The position numbers and the translations under genes are program-made. The notes beneath the pieces were generated by a model that did not search any database, was not told where the DNA came from, and worked only from the letters and a program-made list of their open reading frames with translations. A stretch of DNA of 40,000 bases, taken from contig NZ_CP042241.1 of assembly GCF_007833275.1 (NCBI RefSeq), positions 2,303,490 to 2,343,489 of the forward strand. Reading direction: 5' to 3'. Of this stretch, positions 35,995-40,000 are shown one piece after another. Within the stretch, counting starts at the first letter, position 1. Each line of letters begins with the position of its first letter. The stretch comes from Salarchaeum sp. JOR-1 (GTDB lineage: Archaea; Halobacteriota; Halobacteria; Halobacteriales; Halobacteriaceae).

Positions 35995-36044
35995 CTTCGA
36001 CTCCGTTAATAAATCTCATTTCTTTTATCATTCTATCGGGCTAG

Positions 36045-36070
36045 TATTTAAGTTGGATAGCGAGCTATCC
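36045..36070 (+). promoter_or_regulatory. TATA-like TTTAAG box followed by the palindrome ggatagc-ga-gctatcc
   Basis: tatttaag lies at about 36045-36052. The perfect 7-bp-arm palindrome lies at 36055-36070, just before ATG 36082. Confidence 0.4.
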
Positions 36071-36081
36071 GAGCGGGAGGC

Positions 36082-37116
36082 ATGTTGTACAGACGACGGA
36101 AACTCGACCTCCCGCATGGGAAGGTGCAAACCCCAGTGCTATTCCCTGTCCGCAATATCGGGAAGCGGTCGAGTGACAATACGCCGGCGTACGTCGGCAC
36201 TATCCCGGACTTCTCGACAGCGATGATTAACGCTCGTTCGATCCGGAACCGGGAACCAATGTGGAACAGGCTAACCAACGGAGTCACGTTACGGGAAGAG
36301 ATGGATGTCCCAGAGGACACGATAGTCTTCGCCGATAGCGGGGGGTTCGATTTCACCGCCGAGGAGATCGACACTACCCCAGCAGAAACTCTCGATACCC
36401 AGGCCCAACTGGGAGCGGATATATACGGAACTGTCGATGTCCCCCTTTCGAGAGAGAACCGCGCAGCGGAAAATCAACGTCGTATCGACCAGAGCGTCGA
36501 ATACGCTCTCGAGGCAAGTGATCGCCACACGGGAGACGCGTTGCTCTTCGCAAGCGTGCACGGGTATGATCCCGAGACCATCCGGAACAGCATCCAGCAT
36601 CTAGAAAAGAATGGGGATTTCGATGGATACGCTCTCGGAAGTATGGTCCCCATCCGAACCGACTACAAAAAGGTAACCAAACTAGTACTTTCGGCGAGAC
36701 AGGCTACAGACAAGCACTTGCACGTGTATGGTCTCGGCGGCATCGTCTACCAACCGCTCCTGCTGTACCTCGGTGTCGATAGCTTCGATTCCTCGGCGTT
36801 CATCCGAAGTGCGGGCAATCGGAACTATTTGATTCCCGGATTCGGTGGCGAACCGCTACGGAACATTGAGTCGTTAGATAGACTCCCCTGCCCGTGCCCT
36901 GTGTGTGGACAGCGGGAACTAGACGAGATCCGTGAGGACCGGACCGCTCTCACCAAACACAACCTCTGGGCTCTGGCGATTGAACTCAGGCGATTCCGGT
37001 ACGTCGTCGAAGCGGGACGGGACGTTGAGGAGTATCTCGACCTCCGGTTCCAGGGGAACGAGGTGACGCGACGGGCATACGAAACCGCCAAGCAGCAAGT
37101 GCGGAGGCTCACATGA
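36082..37116 (+). CDS. Compact TGT-family transglycosylase (no PUA domain), DpdA-like
   Basis: 344 aa. Diagnostic segments are FADSGGFDF, YALGSMVP and VYGLGGIVYQPLLLYLGVDSFDSSAFIRSA. The zinc motif is CPCPVCG followed by ...KHN. Confidence 0.85.
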   Translation: MLYRRRKLDLPHGKVQTPVLFPVRNIGKRSSDNTPAYVGTIPDFSTAMINARSIRNREPMWNRLTNGVTLREEMDVPEDTIVFADSGGFDFTAEEIDTTPAETLDTQAQLGADIYGTVDVPLSRENRAAENQRRIDQSVEYALEASDRHTGDALLFASVHGYDPETIRNSIQHLEKNGDFDGYALGSMVPIRTDYKKVTKLVLSARQATDKHLHVYGLGGIVYQPLLLYLGVDSFDSSAFIRSAGNRNYLIPGFGGEPLRNIESLDRLPCPCPVCGQRELDEIREDRTALTKHNLWALAIELRRFRYVVEAGRDVEEYLDLRFQGNEVTRRAYETAKQQVRRLT

Positions 37117-38009
37117 CCGAAGAGAGGGCCACAATCCGACCAGTCAACCTAAGCCGCTTGGTGGAACTCACCCACGTATGCGAAGAGGGAACCAAATCCA
37201 CGGAGGAAGTCGAGGTTGCCCTCGACGTCAGCCACAAACGTGCGCGAGAGGCCATCCTCGAAGCAGAACGTGTCTCGCTATTGTCTGAGAAGGGTGACGA
37301 AGAGGAGTCCGTTTACGAGACCACTGATATTGGAGAGTCGTTTTTAGAGGCTGTCCGAGAGGAGGACTGGGAACGCGCTAGTTCCATCCTTGCCACCCAC
37401 AGTCCTCACTACAAGTCGTTCATCGAGACTTTAGACGAGGATGGGCAGGGCAGTTTAGATGCCCTATTGGAACGACTTGAAGATACCCAAGAGTTCACCC
37501 CGTACTCGTTCAACCAGACCGGGATTGAGGTCGTCGGTGACTGGGCGGAGCGTCTGGGACGCGTCCAACGCAACGCATTCTCCGGAAGTTACTACCTGAC
37601 GGACCGTTCTGAAGTGCCGCCGAACTTCCACTTCGTGTTGCTCGAAGTTTACGACGACCTCGAACAGACTGCGGGGGTGGACTTGCGTCAACGGTATCTG
37701 TCGATTCCGAGACTCCGCGAAGAAGTATGCGAACGGCTCGGTTGTACCCGCGATAACTTCGACGACGCCTTGCTCGCGGTATGTCAGCAAAACGTAGGTA
37801 AACTCGAACTCTCGGGCGCCCCTCTGGACTCAGCAGCAAAGGACGCCGCTCTCGGCATCAAGCAGATGAAACGGTCCGATGAAGACGGGCTCGTGACGAC
37901 ATCCCAGTCCACACAGCAGGTAATGAACGGAGTGGAACTGTACGACAAACAATACTACTATCTCGCGGTGTACGACCGCGACATCACGTTCGATACGGAG
38001 GCTTCCTAG
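37113..38009 (+). CDS. Hypothetical protein with a probable N-terminal winged helix
   Basis: 298 aa. It has an ATGA overlap with the TGT-like gene, and its stop abuts the next ATG. The N-terminal LSRLVELTHVCEEGTKSTEEVEVALDVSHKRAREAI is HTH-like. Confidence 0.7.
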   Translation: MTEERATIRPVNLSRLVELTHVCEEGTKSTEEVEVALDVSHKRAREAILEAERVSLLSEKGDEEESVYETTDIGESFLEAVREEDWERASSILATHSPHYKSFIETLDEDGQGSLDALLERLEDTQEFTPYSFNQTGIEVVGDWAERLGRVQRNAFSGSYYLTDRSEVPPNFHFVLLEVYDDLEQTAGVDLRQRYLSIPRLREEVCERLGCTRDNFDDALLAVCQQNVGKLELSGAPLDSAAKDAALGIKQMKRSDEDGLVTTSQSTQQVMNGVELYDKQYYYLAVYDRDITFDTEAS

Positions 38010-39164
38010 ATGTCCAACGCATTCACGATTAGTGACGAACAGCAAGACTACTCACAATACGACCTAAACGCGAATCCGTTCCCGTACAGCCCGGTTCCGA
38101 ACGAGAATCCCGAAATCTACTGCGGGCAGCAACACGTCTCCGACAAGATCAGTTCGACGGTATCATCGATGCTCGCCACTGGGAAGTCCAAGCACCTCGT
38201 GGTGACTGGGAAGTACGGAAACGGGAAGTCACACACGCTCAAATACACGCGCTCCTTGCTACGAGACCGGGAAGATGTCGTCGTCGGATACGTGGCGCAA
38301 CCCGGCGATGGATTCCTCGACATCTACCACGAGTTCGTGTACGATCTTGGATTCAACCGGATTCAGGAGTTAGCCTACGAGTACCTCGCCTCGGTTACCC
38401 GCGACGTCACGGACACCAATCCGATGGGTGCAGAATCGATGGAGTCACTCATCGACGAAGGAGATGTCCTGTTATCCGATATCGTACCAGAAGCCATCCG
38501 AAGACTCAGCGACGTCACCAAGTTCGCCGACTTCGCCAGGGCGATCGTCCATATGGTCTACGAGGACACGAACCTCTACGCCTGGCAGTGGCTGACTGCG
38601 GAGGGGATCCGGTACGAACAGCGTAAGGAGATGGAGATTCACAGCGCCCTCGACGACGACACGATGGGGGTTCGAGCGTTCACTGCCTTCAAGAACATGC
38701 TGTTGGACCTCGGGTACACCGGCGTGTTCGTGTTCGTAGACGAGTTCGAGAGCATCGCACGACTCACCCCGAAGAACGAACAGGCGACACTCAACAGCAT
38801 CCGGCACCTGATGGATCAGAACAGCTCAGGCCTTTGCATCTTGTTCGGTTGCGCTCCAGAAGTGTGGCAGGACGTTATGAGCGAATATCACGCTTTCAGC
38901 GAGCGAATTGGACAGGAGGTTTCGTTACGTCCGTTAACCAGCGAACATCTCTACGAACTGGTCGAGAACTACCTCGATAAGGAACGGCCATCAACTGTCG
39001 AGAGTCGCATCCGGCCATTCACCGAGGAGAGCCTCGATTTGATTCTCCAGCGGTCACAAGGAAACGTACGTCAAGTTCTGGCTCTATGTAGCCGTATATT
39101 GGACGATGCGGCAAACGAAAACCGTCAAGAAATCACTGTAGATTTCGTAGAAGAGGCGATTTAA
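38010..39164 (+). CDS. AAA+ ATPase (Orc/Cdc6-clade-like, without a winged-helix domain)
   Basis: Walker A is GKYGNGKSH. Walker B is VFVFVDEFES. The sensor-2-like segment is GNVRQVLALCSRILDDA. Confidence 0.8.
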   Translation: MSNAFTISDEQQDYSQYDLNANPFPYSPVPNENPEIYCGQQHVSDKISSTVSSMLATGKSKHLVVTGKYGNGKSHTLKYTRSLLRDREDVVVGYVAQPGDGFLDIYHEFVYDLGFNRIQELAYEYLASVTRDVTDTNPMGAESMESLIDEGDVLLSDIVPEAIRRLSDVTKFADFARAIVHMVYEDTNLYAWQWLTAEGIRYEQRKEMEIHSALDDDTMGVRAFTAFKNMLLDLGYTGVFVFVDEFESIARLTPKNEQATLNSIRHLMDQNSSGLCILFGCAPEVWQDVMSEYHAFSERIGQEVSLRPLTSEHLYELVENYLDKERPSTVESRIRPFTEESLDLILQRSQGNVRQVLALCSRILDDAANENRQEITVDFVEEAI

Positions 39165-39196
39165 GCGAGAAGACTCCAAGCAGATGGATGATCAAA

Positions 39197-40000
39197 TTAG
39201 GGGCGTTGATATAGGGTGAACTCCGTTGCGTAGCCCTGTTGTGCAGCTGCCGAAATAAGATCTGCACACTCGGGACAGAGGGAAAGATCGGTTTCGAGGT
39301 CTCGCTCGTCGATATGGACGACACGTTCACAGTCGTCATCGAGGAGTGCTCCACACTTTTGACAGCCCCGAGCGTCAATCCACTCATCGTAGAGATCCCT
39401 CGTTACCCCTTGTGCCATCACCAGTGACGAGAAGTAACGGGGAGGATACATCTGATCCCAATCAAGGACGTGATTCCGCGTGTCTCCCGGGACGCACTCA
39501 GGAGACTGCTCTTTGATAGTTCTCCGGTCGCTGAACCCAACAACTCGACCGACCCCCTCCTGACGCCGGAGATGGACCAAAAGGAACCAATCAGCCGTAG
39601 GGACGTCAGTTGAAACGACCAATCGCGGCCGGGAGTAATTCGTTGCCGTCGTCTTTGTGTCGATCGTGTGGGCGCCTATCTGATGATCGTACCCCGGATC
39701 ACCGTCCGCGTACACTTCCTCGTCCACTTCGAGGCCGAGAAGGCTCCCTGCCACGAGCTCGCCGGTGTGGCCGATTTTATGCGCTTCTGTCCGGTCACAC
39801 GTTCCGTACAGTACTCCACGACCATTCTTGGACTCGTCGCGTTGCTGTGCCTTGTTCTGGGACCTGTTGTCGATCCCCCGGAACGGAGCCTGTGAGACCG
39901 TTGCATCCAGGGGCATTTCAGGCAATTCATCGACGGGGACATCTGCCACCGATACTGGTGGTTCGGGAAGCCGCGAATTCGAGTCTGTCAGCGTATGCAT
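39197..40000 (-). CDS. Putative PD-(D/E)XK-fold nuclease with a C-terminal zinc ribbon; the 5' end may lie outside the window
   Basis: The pattern GHTGELVAG...GYDHQIGAHTIDTKTT fits an E...D...(D/E)xK arrangement. The C-terminal part has CQKCG...CPEC. The ORF reaches the window edge exactly at an ATG. Confidence 0.55.
   Translation of the reverse strand: MHTLTDSNSRLPEPPVSVADVPVDELPEMPLDATVSQAPFRGIDNRSQNKAQQRDESKNGRGVLYGTCDRTEAHKIGHTGELVAGSLLGLEVDEEVYADGDPGYDHQIGAHTIDTKTTATNYSRPRLVVSTDVPTADWFLLVHLRRQEGVGRVVGFSDRRTIKEQSPECVPGDTRNHVLDWDQMYPPRYFSSLVMAQGVTRDLYDEWIDARGCQKCGALLDDDCERVVHIDERDLETDLSLCPECADLISAAAQQGYATEFTLYQRP

Overview
The window has high G+C and an acidic predicted proteome, which is typical of an accessory replicon or megaplasmid region of a haloarchaeon (class Halobacteria). 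All family calls come from reading motifs by eye; no searches were run.

Left to right, the window contains:
- A divergent small-protein/HTH pair, possibly TumE/TumA-like.
- A TnpB-only IS200/IS605 (IS1341-type) element with terminal hairpins.
- A two-gene DUF7344-type HTH operon.
- A grpB gene broken by a single-base frameshift.
- A full-length orc1/cdc6 bracketed by inverted ORB-like repeats (candidate replication origin), followed by a second, 5'-truncated orc1/cdc6.
- An array-less RAMP module (Cas7-like, conserved unknown, Cas5-like) of the HRAMP type. It is translationally chained to small and Tat-secreted proteins upstream.
- A visibly AT-richer surface-glycan island: a PAPS-reductase-like gene, three alkaline-phosphatase-superfamily genes (one a fragment) and a Wzx-type flippase. 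IS remnants bound it.
- An IS5-type element.
- A roughly 20 kb bidirectional island (20.5-40 kb).

The 20 kb island is the most interesting region. It holds a tightly coupled queD-queE-folE-queC (preQ0) operon. Divergent from that operon are two non-canonical TGT/DpdA-like transglycosylase genes, a wHTH protein, an AAA+ ATPase and a convergent PD-(D/E)XK nuclease. Downstream of queC on the same strand lie an HTH regulator, a UvrD-type helicase fused to a Cas4-like nuclease, and a five-gene translationally coupled operon around a 1012-aa P-loop NTPase. An IS cuts off the last gene of that operon.

I interpret the island as a candidate 7-deazaguanine DNA-modification/defence system whose effector set is unlike the bacterial dpdD-K genes. 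No rRNA gene, tRNA gene or CRISPR array was seen.
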